From contig JBHGNT010000006.1 in assembly GCA_043228905.1 (NCBI GenBank), positions 21,824,001 through 21,888,000 on the forward strand: DNA of 64,000 bases, given 5' to 3'. The notes beneath the pieces are model-generated. The model was given only the letters and a program-made list of their open reading frames with translations, was not told the DNA's origin and made no database searches. Made by a program: the position numbers and the translations under genes. The DNA comes from Azolla caroliniana. Taxonomy: Eukaryota; Plantae; Polypodiophyta. This document shows, one piece after another, positions 13,045 to 27,031 of this stretch. Position 1 is the stretch's first letter. Each line of letters begins with the position of its first letter.

Positions 13045-15817
13045 CATGTTCTTTGTACTAAAGATGGTGCAGACGGTGTTGGTGGCAGAAACAACCAACA
13101 AGGTGGTACGTAATTCCACTTGACATCTATGGCTTCATTCAACATAATAGGAATAGATGACCAAACTCTAGGAATTCTCATTCTTTTCTTATTAGGTGTG
13201 TGTCTAGGACCCTAACAACTATCATAATCACTTTTAATTGTATGTACCAATAAGTCCCAAAAAAACTTAACCTAATCCACGATGTGAATGTTTTCATCAT
13301 TGTATATCTTGGAACACCTAGCTTGATTCCTTGCAAGGAGCTTGAAGAAGAGTATACCTGCAAACTTCTCACATGTAACGTCAAGGAAGAATAATGATGA
13401 TGATAAAAAGTCATTTGTTGATCCAACCTTCCCCAGAAGACTACACCCCACATGAAAATCGTCGACCTATACTTACTACCTAGTAGCCGAAGAATTCGAA
13501 ACCTTCTTTTTTTTTGTGACAGCACATTCCCAAAATACATGATGTAATGACTCATGTACAAAACCACACATAACACATGACTGATCAATCACATATTCCC
13601 TCAATAAATCACCTACTGGCAACGCATAATGAAATTTCATCAACCAATGAAAGTGTAATATCTTGTGCATACATTTAGTTGACCAAAACTATTTTCAAAA
13701 CATCAGCATATGAGAAGATGAGACATTACCTTCCTCCCAATACTTTTTTCTAGCAGGTACTGACTCAGTTTGACTCAACATAAAGTTTCTCCCAAACGCC
13801 ACCGAATATGTAGAGAATGGGAGGACCTTAGTGGAATTATTAGGCATGGACAATTTCCAACCATAATCTGTTGGATCCCACTGCAGATCAGCAAGTGGCC
13901 TAGACTGTAAAACCCAAATATGATATGAATAGTTAGCAATTAAGGGATTAGGGTCAATAAATAATTTTTTATCCAATCTAGCAATTACTCGCACTGGTAA
14001 CTGCTTTGCAACGGACATAATTGGAGACTCATCATCTACTAATACCAACCTACCATTATCCAAAACTTCATAAAAATAGAGGTTGCCATTTTGATGATAT
14101 AAACAAGCTCCTATAAGTATATTAAGTGTCAAAAATATATCGTACCAACTCTGAAAATGATTGAACTGCAACGATGGCACTATGACCTGATACACCATGG
14201 ACAATTGAGATACCATTATGTTTGCCCCTCTTAAGTTAGACAACCTATTCTTTTGGTCCTACGCTGAAGTTTGCAAAAACTTTATCCAATCCGCAATCAT
14301 ACGGGCTGGACCATTGTCCATTGCAGCCCAAGATAACTTAGGGCGTAGACCCAAAACACATGCAGCTTCATCCGTAAATAAAGGGTTCCATATCAAAGGG
14401 TGACGCATGAATTGAGGATAAGTTTTCGGTGGCAAGAAAACAAGTGCTTGACGAAGACTTTCCCATGCCCGAATTATTCCATAAAAGAAACGTAATGATC
14501 CAACATTGGACTTAGGTAATGTAAAATCTGCATTGAAGAACCATCTAAGACGATCATTCCATTGACCACCTACTGATGGCTTGACCTTATGTAAATGCTG
14601 AATCCATAGCTTTTTCCATAACTCGTCTCTTGGCAATAAACTCCTAACAACATGTTTAGAAAGTAAGGCTTTACTTTGCATAAAAGGATCAATCAAACCT
14701 AGACCTCCTTTCTGCTTAGATTGTATAAGAACCAACCAAGCTACCTTTGCTACTGAATTGTCTGAAGCGGTGTTCCCCCAAATAAAATTTCATACTAGAC
14801 GTTGAACTTTAAGCATTATTGTCCTTGAAAACAGCCATGTAGATGCTATATACCAAATCGAGGAGAAAAGCACCGAATTAGCTACAACTATATGTCCTGC
14901 CAAGGATAGCTTTTCCTTATTCCAGTATTTTAGCTTATTCCTTAATCTTAACAACAAGGATGCAACCATATCCTCTGCCTTTAATCCCAAACCCACCCTA
15001 CAGCCTAATTACCTAATGGACTGACCTTGAGGTATCCAGGTGAATCCTAAAGAATGTACATTAACTGGCGGATCTCCCGAAGCAACCCAAAAACCTGATG
15101 ATGTATCCCAATTTATCAATGCACCCGATGAATCTGAGAAATCATCCACAGCCTTTTGCACCTGTGCCAAAGTTAATTGTGAGGCCTGAACATATAAAGT
15201 TGTATCATCAGCAAACTCATTATCCACGCTAGCATACGACACTGGTAGTGCAAACCCTTTAATATTTACATATTGAGAATTTAGATGTACAGAAAATGCT
15301 TCATATACTAGTAAAAATAGGAAAGGAGCAAGTGGACATCCTTGTCATACTGATCTTGAGAGTTATACGCATTACGATATAATATTGATACTCCTCGTAT
15401 CCATATGTTTGGGAAATCCATCCTAACCAATGTTCCCTCCGTAAAATCCCAATCCACTCTGTCATAAGCCTTTTCAAAATCAAGAAATAACACCGTTAGG
15501 TCTTGCTTATGCAATTCAGCAAAGCCATCCATTTCCCAAAAGAGAATAATATTATCAAAAATTCTTCGCTCTTGCATAAAACCAATCTAAGAATCATGAA
15601 TCAACTCCGAAGGATAAGGTTGTAACCGTCTAGCTATCGTTTTTGCTAATATTTTATAAATAACATTCAGCAAGATAATTGGTCTCCAATGTTGAAGCTC
15701 TTCTAATTGTCCACTTGTTTTAGGAATCATATAAATTAAACCCTCCTTCCATTCTTGTGGCATATTTCCTGAGTCTAATATCTGTTGATAGGCTTTGGTC
15801 AAACTGTCACCTATCAA
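13045..15817 (-). pseudogene. L1-type ORF2 (RT plus zinc-finger region), frameshifted
   Basis: Chain of minus-strand ORF fragments with L1 RT motifs. Confidence 0.85.
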
Positions 15818-17601
15818 AAGAGAAGGTTATAGTATTTTCTAGGCATATGATGGCTCACATATTTTTGTGGTTGGAAGACTAGTGTTAACTCTTACAACTA
15901 TAGATATATATTCTCCTATATTTAATTAAGAACAAGGGTTTCCTATATTCCGTTGGGAGGATAACAATTAAGGCATCGACTGGAAAATTACTTAATGAAA
16001 GTATACCAACTAAAATTCCTTGTTCTTAATGGCTCAATCTTTAGTCGTCTCATGGCATAAAATGCTCTCTTTATTTTTATGGGCACAGTCATCTAGTAGG
16101 GAACATTATATTTCCTCATTGCAAAAGGATTTAATCTTGTCTTCTCGAATTTTATGTTGTCATGCCAAGGATAAATTGCGCTCTTACTTGAATCTCTTGT
16201 TTCGTTGGAAGGTCAAAGAAGTGAAGAAGTGGGACATTTAGTTTATGCTTGATCTTAGAGATTTTTGGATCTTGTTTAAGTGTCATAATTATTATACATC
16301 CCACCCAATTATGAGTTTATTTGGTAGTAACTACAAAGTATAACATTAATGCAAGGTCGTTTACCATAACATTGCTCTTGTATAAACATAAGAGCAACCA
16401 TGGATTAATTTGTGTTTACAAGGTCATACTCATGGCATTTTATATGATATATGATTGCTTGTCATATTTGTGGTTACATTTCTCAAATTTGCCAAATTTT
16501 GTTGAAATTCTTGACTCCAAAATTATGGGTGTTTTTACCATTCACACAACTCGAGCGAAGATTACAAATCAAGACCATTTTCCTCTTTCTAAGATATTGA
16601 GGATTGTGTCATAATTGGGATATACACAATGTTTATGTATTTGATGGTAGGCATGGAGTTGTTATATATCTACGAAAGTTGAGGGGAGTATTGATGTGGT
16701 TGTTTTGTTTGTTAGAGAGGAAGTTTGAATTCTTTTCGCAATGGAGTGTTCCTCTTGCCTCTTGGTGACTTAACACATCCTACCACCCATGTAGCAGTGA
16801 CATCACTTAGTTGTGTTGTAGTGGGATTGTGTTTTTCACATACATTTATTAATAGGATTTGTGTGTTTCCAACAAAGAGAGGGAAAGAGAGAGAAGAGAC
16901 ATGATATACCAAATATTAGTAGCTTGCATTAAAAAATGGGGAACGATTACAATACAACATATTCAAATGTTAATCAACACTTTAGACTTCCAAGAGAGCT
17001 TGGTTTATATACAACCTATATGTGAGTACACATGGAAGTTAAAAACAATCTAGTAAATTAGTAATGGATGAGTGAGTGGGGTATCTAAGGTATCTACTTT
17101 ATTCAATGAAGAGTCGTTTCCCATTCAAAAAGGCAAAGGTAAGTTCTAACATATGGCAAGCCCCAAGGATTGTATAATTGAGTTTGTTATATCTACCCAT
17201 GTGTATGTGTACACACAACAAAAATAATCATTAGATGTTACATCTTCTCATTACCTAACAAAACTCTTGGGTGCATGTTATGATGAAATTTCTCATCCTT
17301 TCTAGCTTGAAAGGTTAGATGCATTTGTATTGTTCATTGATCGTGCATCACACTTTTAACAGTCATAACTTGAACCTTCGGACATGGAAACAATATATTG
17401 CCTCCTAAATTTGGACCTCATAATTTTCGCATGTCATTTTGTCATCCCTTTTTATTAGGCATTTTACCTTTTGTGAGTTTTACTATGCCTCCATAAAGTA
17501 CAAAGTAGCATTTTCTCATCCATTTTCATATGTTTATTTTTCCATCAAGAGTTTGAATGCACATCATTACACTTGATTACGTGCTTTACATCTCTGGGTA
17601 T

Positions 17602-17955
17602 CATAATTGTTAAAAAACGTGTATTCTATGTTTAGAGTACGTTTTAGAATACTCTAAAGTATTGTATACGTATTCTACATTTTAGGGCTACCATTTTTTA
17701 AAATTTGACGTATTCTACGAATTTAACAAGTATTTATCATTTCAAAAAAAAAAAAAAAACTTTTTTTGAAAAAAAACTTTAAAATTTAAGAAGTATTTAA
17801 CGTATTTTACAAGTATTCTACATGTATTCTAATTATTCTACACGTATGCTGTATTTAACATATTTTATCTATAAAATACATATTCTAAGCCTTTTTTAAA
17901 AAAAGTTAGAGTACGTATTCCACGCGTATTTTATGCTAACTATGTTACAACAATG
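17602..17955. mobile_element. hAT-like non-autonomous element (MITE) with repeated CGTATT motifs
   Basis: Imperfect TIRs CATAATTGTTAA / TTACAACAATG. Flanks CTGGGTAT / CTAAGTAT match at 6/8, consistent with a decayed 8-bp TSD. Many internal CGTATT(C) motifs. Confidence 0.5.
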
Positions 17956-18947
17956 CTAAGTATCTTGGGAAAACTTTAACTCTTATCCGCTTGAACAAGA
18001 TCAAATGTTTCATACCACTGCATGTCTTGTACTATAAGACCTTCACATACTCCATAAGCATTTCCATTCCTATGGTAGAACCCTTTTATTCCCTTGTTCT
18101 TTTTAATTTCCTTTTCACTATGGTATTTTATCATCACTTTCTATCAATTTGATTCCCCTTAAAAGTTTTCTTGTACATTTGTTTTACATTGATTTAATGA
18201 GATGGTCACTTGTCCCCTCCTATCTACATATATGCTTAAGTACCTTGGATTGATTTTCTCCTTCGGTCATGGTAACTATAAGTACTCTTACCTTGTTGAG
18301 CTATAGCTACTTACCTTATCCCCTTCTACTCAATCTTCCAACTTAGCATCTAATGTTGTATATAGGTTCGTATGGTTTGACTAAACATCTAGGGTTATCT
18401 CTAAGATTTTTATTTTCTAAAAAACTTCCTCAAACTTGGTTACTCTTGCCTCTCGTTTTATATCTTAGTTTTTTACAATTGCAAGAGCCTAATTCGGAAA
18501 TAAAAGAGTATGCGAAATCATGCAAATTGACGGATGACACAATAAAGTCCAAAACTCAACATTCCTAGCAAATATGGTAGGTTTGTAAATCTAATTGAGA
18601 AGAGCACGTGTAGAAAAATAGTCAATGAATATTTGCACCTTAGGGAAAATGTTCTGTCATAATTCTCAAAGCTAATGAGGAAGATACTAAGATTGATAAT
18701 ATATGTAAATGCTACTAACTTTCAATCAAAGCTAGAGTTTAGATATTCCCAAAACTAGTGCAATCAATGAAATTTAAGCATTGTACACAAAAACTTTTTT
18801 AGTGGTGGGTCATAGACTCCACTTTTCATACGCAAAGGGAATATAGATATTCTCCAACATTGTGATTAATATTTGGAGTGTAGTCATACATCAAAGTAAT
18901 TTTTACGAATAATATTGCCCCCAACTACGTATACTCATACCTGAGTC

Positions 18948-19242
18948 TAGGAATTGACAATGGTTTGGTTTCAGGTTAACCGGTTTGACCTTGTCTAAAC
19001 CAAGATGGTTAAGCCTTAACTAGTTTGGGAGTTTCCAAACTTGAACCAAACCTGTTCCTAAACTAGTTAAAGCTATAACAGGTTTGGCCCAAATTGGTTT
19101 GATTCAGCTTGAGCCATCCCAAATCAAGCTCAAACCGGTTAAGGAACCTAGCGCCTAAATCGAATTGAATTGAACTGCCAAGCTATTCAAAAACAATCTA
19201 ACGGTTCAGTTCAAGCTTGAGTCGAGTCGTCGTCAATTTCTA
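18948..19242. mobile_element. hAT-like MITE
   Basis: TIRs TAGGAATTGACAATG / CGTCGTCAATTTCTA. Flanks CCTGAGTC / CCCTAGTC match at 6/8. Internal AACCG/GGTT-type subterminal motifs. Confidence 0.6.
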
Positions 19243-21350
19243 CCCTAGTCCTATCAACATCAAGGAAAATGTTTCTAATATATGCAATGGGAAATCCAAT
19301 TCATTTATGCAACCGCAAAGAAGAAATTAAGATCCTTCGTAATTTGCAATTTCAAGGAATAAAGTTGTGACCTATGTAGATGAATTTTAAAAAAGTGCTT
19401 CCAAGCTAAATGCGAGTGCCATTAACTTCACCCTACGGTTGTTGAAAAATCAAATTATATGCACACAATATTTTTATTATTGTTGACGAATTTATATGTT
19501 TGAATCATTTAGATTGTGACGTTTTGGATCCTAACAAACAATTTGGATCAATAAAATATAGGGCTAATCTATTAAGAGTATTACTCTTGTAGAGCTAGCA
19601 AGTCCCTTGAGGCTAGGCCCATTGGCAATGTAGTTCCTTAACTATGTATTGTTGACCTAGGATAGAGTGTAAACCAACAAGATAGCTAGTTCTTTAACAA
19701 TGACATATCCATTCCTAGGTCATTGTGCTCATTGACTACTTTATGTACATAGTTATCTATGTACATCACAACAACATCTCAATATTTCTATAGAGAATGG
19801 AACACCTTCTCAATTAAATATATCTTGACCAACCGAGTAGATGATGAATTCTTGCAAAAAGTGACAATTTAGTTTTCTAAAAACTAATGGGCTGATATTC
19901 TTTCATGTATATCATAGATTTCCAGTATTAAACATTATTATCATTATATTTGTTAAAGATGTTCTCACTTTTGTGCCACCATATGCCTTTTCTATACTTT
20001 AGCCAAAATATCTACGTAGAATGCCATTAAAGACTTGAGGATATCGCATCAATCATAATGCACATTTCTAAATTTCGTGAAGTTGTGAGACATAATGATG
20101 ATGAAAAGCTTCAGTGTATATATGAAGACAGTGAGTTTCACAATTGTTATACAACTACTTCAAATACATATGTTGATCAAGTTGTATGGTTTATGGAGTA
20201 TTGATATGATGAACTTTATGGTTCTTTAAATCGTATTTTATTTAATCTCGTGATTCTTGTTCAAATCAATAGAATATCTAAATGTGAAAGGCAAGTGCAC
20301 AGTGCACATCTTGTGATTATCATCAAAACATATTAGATGATATTTATTATCCTTGACATGTAGATGTCAAAGTTTTGAGTGGGACAATAGATAAATAAGT
20401 TTCCTATATTGTATCATTTGGTAGAACTTCTACATAAACGCGTGTTTTGAAATATCTATTCCTCTTGGACCAAAAAGCTACCTCTTTAGCAAAGTACCAA
20501 AATGCCAGATCTACCCAGCACAACATATGCGATTATTACCATGTTTACAAAAAGAAAACATATATAGACCCCATGGTACTAAGGAATAAAAGGCTAATCC
20601 CATAAGTTTTATTGAAACATACAAATGCATAATGGAATGAATATCTTATGTCTTTAAAGGCAGTTACAAACTCATGTGATGGGTTCAATCAAATTGTGGT
20701 AGTTCACTCTTTTTGAATCTCTACAAAAGTAATCTCAAGATGAATAAGCCCAATGATTTCATCATTGACAAACTCTCAACATGAAAAAAGAAAAGCTAAT
20801 TAGTGAAGTAATAGTTGTCAAAATTGTAACTATGGGCTTAATTACTTTAATAAATTGCTTCAAAACGGCTACACACAATGTATACCGATAAGAATCTCTT
20901 ATATTCATGATCAAAATAGGATTATAATCAACATGGCTACACTTTCACATAGCTTTCAATAATAAACATTTAAATAGACACCACTAGTAGATACATCCTT
21001 CGATATGCATCCTTCAAAACAGTCGAAAATAACTACCTCTAATCAAGTTTATGTATGTTTTACATCTTTAAATATATAAGATATTGAGATTACTTTTCAA
21101 TAACTTACACTTCCTCATTTTTTGGGCAAACAAGTAGTCCATTGCAAAACAAGATGTGATTGATGTTGTATCATTACAACATCCCAAGCCATGAGGCATG
21201 GGTTTAATAGTTAATCAAAAACATTGAATATACAATATACAACACACGCATGAGCAAAACTTATGTGTATCCAAGGTTGATGAGAATGCATGTCATGTTC
21301 AAAGCACTTCCACCCATATATACAAAATTGTGGTGAATGCTTTGTATACC

Positions 21351-22562
21351 TTATGACATGTTGCCAAGAAAGGGGCTTAAAACTACCAACCTACTATAGA
21401 TATCCAAAAGAACATTTCTACTAGTGACAAGAACTTTGAACATATCTTCCACATGAACCTCTAAAGATGATAAGCTAGAATCTAGTGCTACTACTAATTT
21501 GCGAAGCAGTTTGGCCGATTTTTGGATGTCAGAGAGATCATGGAATTTCTTGGCACTCAAAGATTTCTCTATTTTGTCTTTCAATGACCTTACGGCCATA
21601 TCGATGTCAATGAGTTCATCGAGACCCATGCCATTTGGTTTCTTTTTATCTATCTCTTCTTTTACTCTATGTTGCAAGGAGTTGAATGAAGATGCCCAAG
21701 CAAAGTGTCCATCTACGGAGATGGACGAGCTCGAAGGGCGTCCCCCCGGACATTGCTTTGGCAACAATGTGGACGTCAACACCCCAGATGTGAACATGGC
21801 GATTACTTGTGCGGCATAGCTAACACTAAAGAAACTCCCCTTATGAGATGAAAAATCTTCCGAATCTTGCAAATGAAGTCTATCTCCCATTCTCCTAAGC
21901 ATCGATTTCGTGCTATCGAGTCGCCCCAGTCGCCGACTCATATATCTTCGACAAGGGTCCTCAACCAACCTCATCTTCATCATAGTGTCTTTGCACTTCT
22001 CAAGTTCAAGGTTAGCGCGTCTAAGTTGTGCTTCTCCTATGTAAGGTTTGTCCAAGGCAAGGAGGGCGAGCTCGACATGATGTTTTTGATAAGCCCGGAT
22101 TCCATGGGTCGCATCTCTCAACGAGGCGCATACGTCGAGGAGCTTGACATTGTCATCTAAGTATTGGTGGAGCCATTTGGTGTCTCCATGTGAAAGGGCA
22201 TGTTGAAGGTCAGGTAAGAAGGCCTCCGCAGAGGCATGTGTGGAAATGACAATTTGGATGGCATGGCATAGCCAAGGGACATTGGTGATGCTGAAATCGT
22301 GGTTGTGTGTAGTACTAGGTAATGTACCATCAAAGGAAGGGCAACATTGGAGGTCATGGAGTTGGAAGGAAAGGTTAGATTCAAAGGCAATTAGGTCAGG
22401 GTCACATGGTTTGCTAACAATGTCCTTGGTGCCATGAGTGTGACCATGAGTACTAGGGTTAAGTATATGAGTATTAGGGTTAAGTAAAGAATTATGAAAT
22501 GTCCTTAAACTTATGGAATGAAGGGCTGCACCCAGGGTTGCAAAGAGGGATGAACTACTCAT
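21351..22562 (-). CDS. BYPASS1-like / DUF793 family protein (403 aa, intronless)
   Basis: Long clean ORF with WLHQYLDDNVKLLDVC, QLRRA, a WA-S motif and a C-terminal LE-HVEDMFKVLVTSRNVLLD, which match the BPS1/DUF793 pattern as recalled. No database search was run. Confidence 0.8.
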   Translation of the reverse strand: MSSSSLFATLGAALHSISLRTFHNSLLNPNTHILNPSTHGHTHGTKDIVSKPCDPDLIAFESNLSFQLHDLQCCPSFDGTLPSTTHNHDFSITNVPWLCHAIQIVISTHASAEAFLPDLQHALSHGDTKWLHQYLDDNVKLLDVCASLRDATHGIRAYQKHHVELALLALDKPYIGEAQLRRANLELEKCKDTMMKMRLVEDPCRRYMSRRLGRLDSTKSMLRRMGDRLHLQDSEDFSSHKGSFFSVSYAAQVIAMFTSGVLTSTLLPKQCPGGRPSSSSISVDGHFAWASSFNSLQHRVKEEIDKKKPNGMGLDELIDIDMAVRSLKDKIEKSLSAKKFHDLSDIQKSAKLLRKLVVALDSSLSSLEVHVEDMFKVLVTSRNVLLDIYSRLVVLSPFLGNMS

Positions 22563-22812
22563 CTCTCTGTCTTTTTTTCTCTTTTTTAATTTTGTAAAAA
22601 ATTGTTTTGGTCACTGTAATTAGCAGACAAAGAACCCACTATGGCGCATTAATCAGAGGAGATGAACCCACTATGAAGAGATTTCTACTTCTGCTATATT
22701 TGATCTAGAGGAGATGAACCCACTATAATAGTTGAGCAAAAAAAACTGAGAAGAACCCAAAGCTCTTAATTGGAATTGAGTTCCCATGGAGAAGAAACCT
22801 AAACAAACACTC

Positions 22813-22820
22813 TTATATAA
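22813..22820 (-). promoter_or_regulatory. Putative TATA box of the 403-aa BPS1-like gene
   Basis: TTATATAA about 250 bp upstream of the ATG. Confidence 0.35.
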
Positions 22821-25800
22821 GCCTACAAAAAAAAGGTCACCATAAATAGATAGATAGATAGATGAAGAGCCCACATCATAATGGTCTCAATGTGATAAAA
22901 AATGGTGGGCATTCAGAGATAGAGAAGCATATGCATATAGCCATACCTTTTTAAACACACATGAGGCATATGGAGAACAAAAAGGCTAGAGAAACTATTT
23001 AATACAATGTGAGTTTTGAACCCTTTCCACTATTTGGATAGGGCCAAGTGGCAAAGAGGTTAGATATAGGTCATGGAGTGTGTTTGAATAGATACAACAC
23101 CTTTTTTTCTCTTCTACTTTTTTCTATTAAAACTAGCAACTTGGTCTATCCCTCGCCCCTTGGCTACCTAAAGATGTGAAACCACTAGCCCTCTAAATGT
23201 TGCCTGGCATTTTTCCATCACCTTCTCGTATAGCTTTGTACGCACTTCGTGTCTTCAAAACCTCCAGAAATGTGGTTTTCCTGTTGCGCATTCGCGCACC
23301 CTTACCACCCTCGAGCCAAGCTCATTGGTTATCTTCATCGAGTCTCCGTGCATGCATGAATGCATTCATTTCTTTGTCAGTTTTTGAACAAATTGTACTT
23401 GGCAAGAAATCATTCCCTACCTTTTTTCAACAACTTGCCTCGTCTGTAGGGATGGGCACAATCAATCTTTGCCCCCGAGATCCATATGCAATGGGTGTCG
23501 CACTCTAGATGTTGAAACGTCAAACATCAAATTACGTTCGTGAAGTTTGAATATATCATTTGAGACGTCATCCATCCAATGCTCTTTATCAAACATTAGA
23601 TATTTTCGTATCAATTACCAAAAGTGTAATCCTTTTTTCAAACAGTAGAACCCTTTCTCTCGCTCCATATCTACACATGACCGCCCACCGTCCATATGCC
23701 CACCTTCGTGACACTTTTCTATCCTATAAAATATTACCTTGTAATTAATTTAAGAAAAAACTTTTAGCAAACATGTGTCTAGATGTTGATGTTTCTTCAA
23801 GATGGTCTTGAGTGTTTTAGCCTTTAGGTCATGTCAAGCGCTAGGTATGAATTGATTCACATGAGATTGAAAGGATTTTAGAAAACATGTGCCACCATGC
23901 ATGGTCCTTGGTAAGGACCTTTTTGAAGTTTACGTGCCATCTCTCCTTTCTTGTATTACCTCTACCAATTCACCATAATTGAACCAACTTGCTTAGTTCC
24001 TAGGGGAATGACAAAAAGGAGACGCTAGAAAGTGGCCAAGGTTCTACAATATGATTCCTAAATTCAGAAAGCAATATTTAAGTCATAGTAGTTGGAAATG
24101 TCCTACGTAGATTGAGCTATCGAACCACAAATATCCATATTGTGTTCCAACTCATAGTTTGTTTTTAAAGAAAGTATTTGAAATCTTCACAATTTCCCTT
24201 CTTCAGTTTTCAAAGGGTTTCTTCTCATATAAGGAGCCCTTAATACTTTAAATGCATCAATTGTGCTTCAATCAATTAATATGTTTGTATGAGCATATGA
24301 CTCGAAGCCTTTGTTCACATTCGAATGCACAACCTTAATAGTTGATTACATCCTATAAGTTTACTTGAATTGTTGCCTTCATACATCAAGTGAGACACTT
24401 AAGGAATTCCCACAATTTAATGCAAGAAATTCAATTATGAATTTACAAATTAAAAATTAAACTTGTATTGTGCTTGGTAGCCCAAAGCTTGTGACATCAA
24501 ATCTCAAGGAATGAGTTCCATACTAGGTCTTCATTTTTCAGCTTGAAGATCATGCACGCTAAAATGTTGCCCAAAATGAATGGCTTTAAAAGTCAATTCC
24601 CTCAATCCAAGGCAGCAAATTTAACCATTACCTTGAGCTATTCCTCATAACTTTGAAAAAACCACCACAAACCCTACTTCTATGGGATCCTTCACAACTT
24701 GTGTTCATTGTTGACTGGCTTCTGCTAAAAGTAACCCTCCCCTATCTCTTTTAATCTAGTCAAGTAGTTGTATTTACGATCTGCATTCAACTTCAGTTGG
24801 TCGCATAGTTATTAGCATTGTCAATTTTTGTAAAGAATTGTTGTCGTCTTCCATTGTTGCGGAGTTATGGAAAGTGAATTTGAAAAGCCATAATTCAAGG
24901 AGTAAAGTGCTAATTTGCATGATCCCATAACAAAGGAGAGTAAAACGATGAAGGTGTGTCACAATAAATGTAACATGAATCCATAACCTTAAAGATAAAG
25001 GCCTTAAATATGACCTAACCATCTATCTATATATGCATCCAAAGAAACTTTGAAATGCCCTTGAGTTTTTTGCCAAATACCCTATTTCATTTTCTCCTAA
25101 CACACCTTTGTCAACAACCCCTAAAAGAGAGGAAAAGGGGATGAACATACCACAAAAATCTTTAAAAATGGGAATGAATTCTTTGTAGCTTAATGTAGAT
25201 AAATTGACCTTATAGTTGCTCAAAATAGCCCTTATAATTGCTCTTTTGAGAGTTGATCAATGGTTTTCGAGGGAATAATGAAAGCTTACTAGTATATAGG
25301 GAGCTAAATAAGAGCTAAAGGGTTTTTTATAGCTTTACCCACACACAAACGTACATAGAGAGAGATAGAGGCAATGATATTTTAACTTTTTTTGGAAGAC
25401 AAAGAGATGGAGAGATTTTCTTATGTGGGATAGTGAAGGCAATACTTTACTATTAAATGACTTATTTGAATTTTCATGCATTTGTGAGAATTATAAGATT
25501 CAAGGATACACCACCGTGGTCAGAATTACGAATCCTAAAAGCACATCTTTTTACAGTGAGAATTTACAAGTTCTAAAAGTTCATCTTTTGTCATAATATT
25601 TACGCAATCGACTATAGTTTAAAATTTGGGCCTATCTACGACTCTTACTACTTTAAAAGGTTCCATTCATTCAAAGCCTCATAAAGTCTTATACTATAAT
25701 AAATTTGTAATGAAAAGTGTGATTGATTATTGGAGATGTGAAAATAATTCTTTGTACTATTTGATATCTTTATCCCTTGAGGGGATATAATGTCACTACG

Positions 25801-26928
25801 AGTCGGGTCTTGTCACACACGTTCTATCTGCATAAATGTTAACCAATGGAATTTGGATGTGCATTCAATAGCTTATACCCTTATACGACAAAAATTACTT
25901 AAGGAATTCATGCTTGTTTGAATTCTAAAAAACAGTGGGATGCGGTCACTAACCTCTCTTATCATTATTACCAAAGAAAGATCTAGATTTTTAAGCCCAA
26001 AAACTAATGCTTAATCACAATAAGAAAATACACATTGATATGTCAAACTCATATATAGCAAAATCAGATATATAGGGATATTGGTCTCTCACTCAAAAAA
26101 GCTTAATCTACTTGGCGTTTCCAAATATTGCTTTTATTTATCAATTTAATTTAAATTTATTGTAATAATATTGTTACTAACCACTTTATTTTGATTATTC
26201 TTTATTATTTGTTTATCGACCTATTTTATTTTAGTTATTACTAATACTTTGTATTTTAATTACTTTTATTATTTGTATTTTAATTACTTTTATTATTTGT
26301 ATTTTATATTTTATATTTATTTTTAATCTTTAGTTATCTTAGTTTAGGTGGTCAGTCAATGAGAGCAAGTGATGATAGTGACATACAGAGGCAGATGGCA
26401 AACAACAACGACAATCGGACCACGAGAGGCGTAGCAAACAACGGTTTGAACGAACTCCCAAGCATTTGACTTGAACCTTGGAGTCAAACTTAGAACGTTC
26501 AACTTGAGCGTTCACGAGTCGAACATTTGGGTCATAAAGGGGTCTTTGAGCAAAGTCAAAGGCTCCCCTTTCTCCTAAATTATATATTGTGTCCTTGTGT
26601 TGGGTGCAACACGCAAGGTAATTAAAAAAAAGTTAAGTTTTAATCATAATGTTCACCATCCCATTCATTCATCTACGAAACCTCCTATGGTCCAAGTTGG
26701 ACTTAAACCCTTAACCCTTAACCTCTTGTTTGTAGTACAAGCTCTTACCAATGGATAGAAGCTCTTTTATTGTTTTTAATTTCCTCCTATAGACTTCCCA
26801 CATCACAACAATGTGTTCGATAGTCATATATACATGGATAGAGCTTGTTAGAAACTATTTATTCATTAATGGTGGCCATATAAACATGTTCTAATCAATT
26901 CGTTTACTACCATTAAGCCATGAACCAT

Positions 26929-26993
26929 TCTCTCTCTCTCTCTCTCTGGTAATCTATCCTCCGTTACACATGCAACCCAAAAGAGGGTCAAGT

Positions 26994-27027
<34 letters not shown>
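26929..27027. repeat. Two (CT)n tracts preceding a decayed RTE copy
   Basis: Direct sequence inspection. Confidence 0.85.

Positions 27028-27031
<4 letters not shown>

Larger units (their letters stand above)
8761..15819 (-). mobile_element. 5'-truncated L1/Tx1-like LINE with 18-bp TSD, carrying nested insertions in its 3' region
   Basis: GAGAAGGTTATAGTATTT occurs at 8743-8760 and 15820-15837. ORF2 remnants include WKEGLIYMIPK, HWRPIILLNVIYKILAK, LDFEKAYDRVDW, FADDTTLY, KQKGGLGL and a zf-RVT-like CVMCGFVHESLHHVFWEC. The family 3' motif is at ~8761-8797. Confidence 0.85.
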
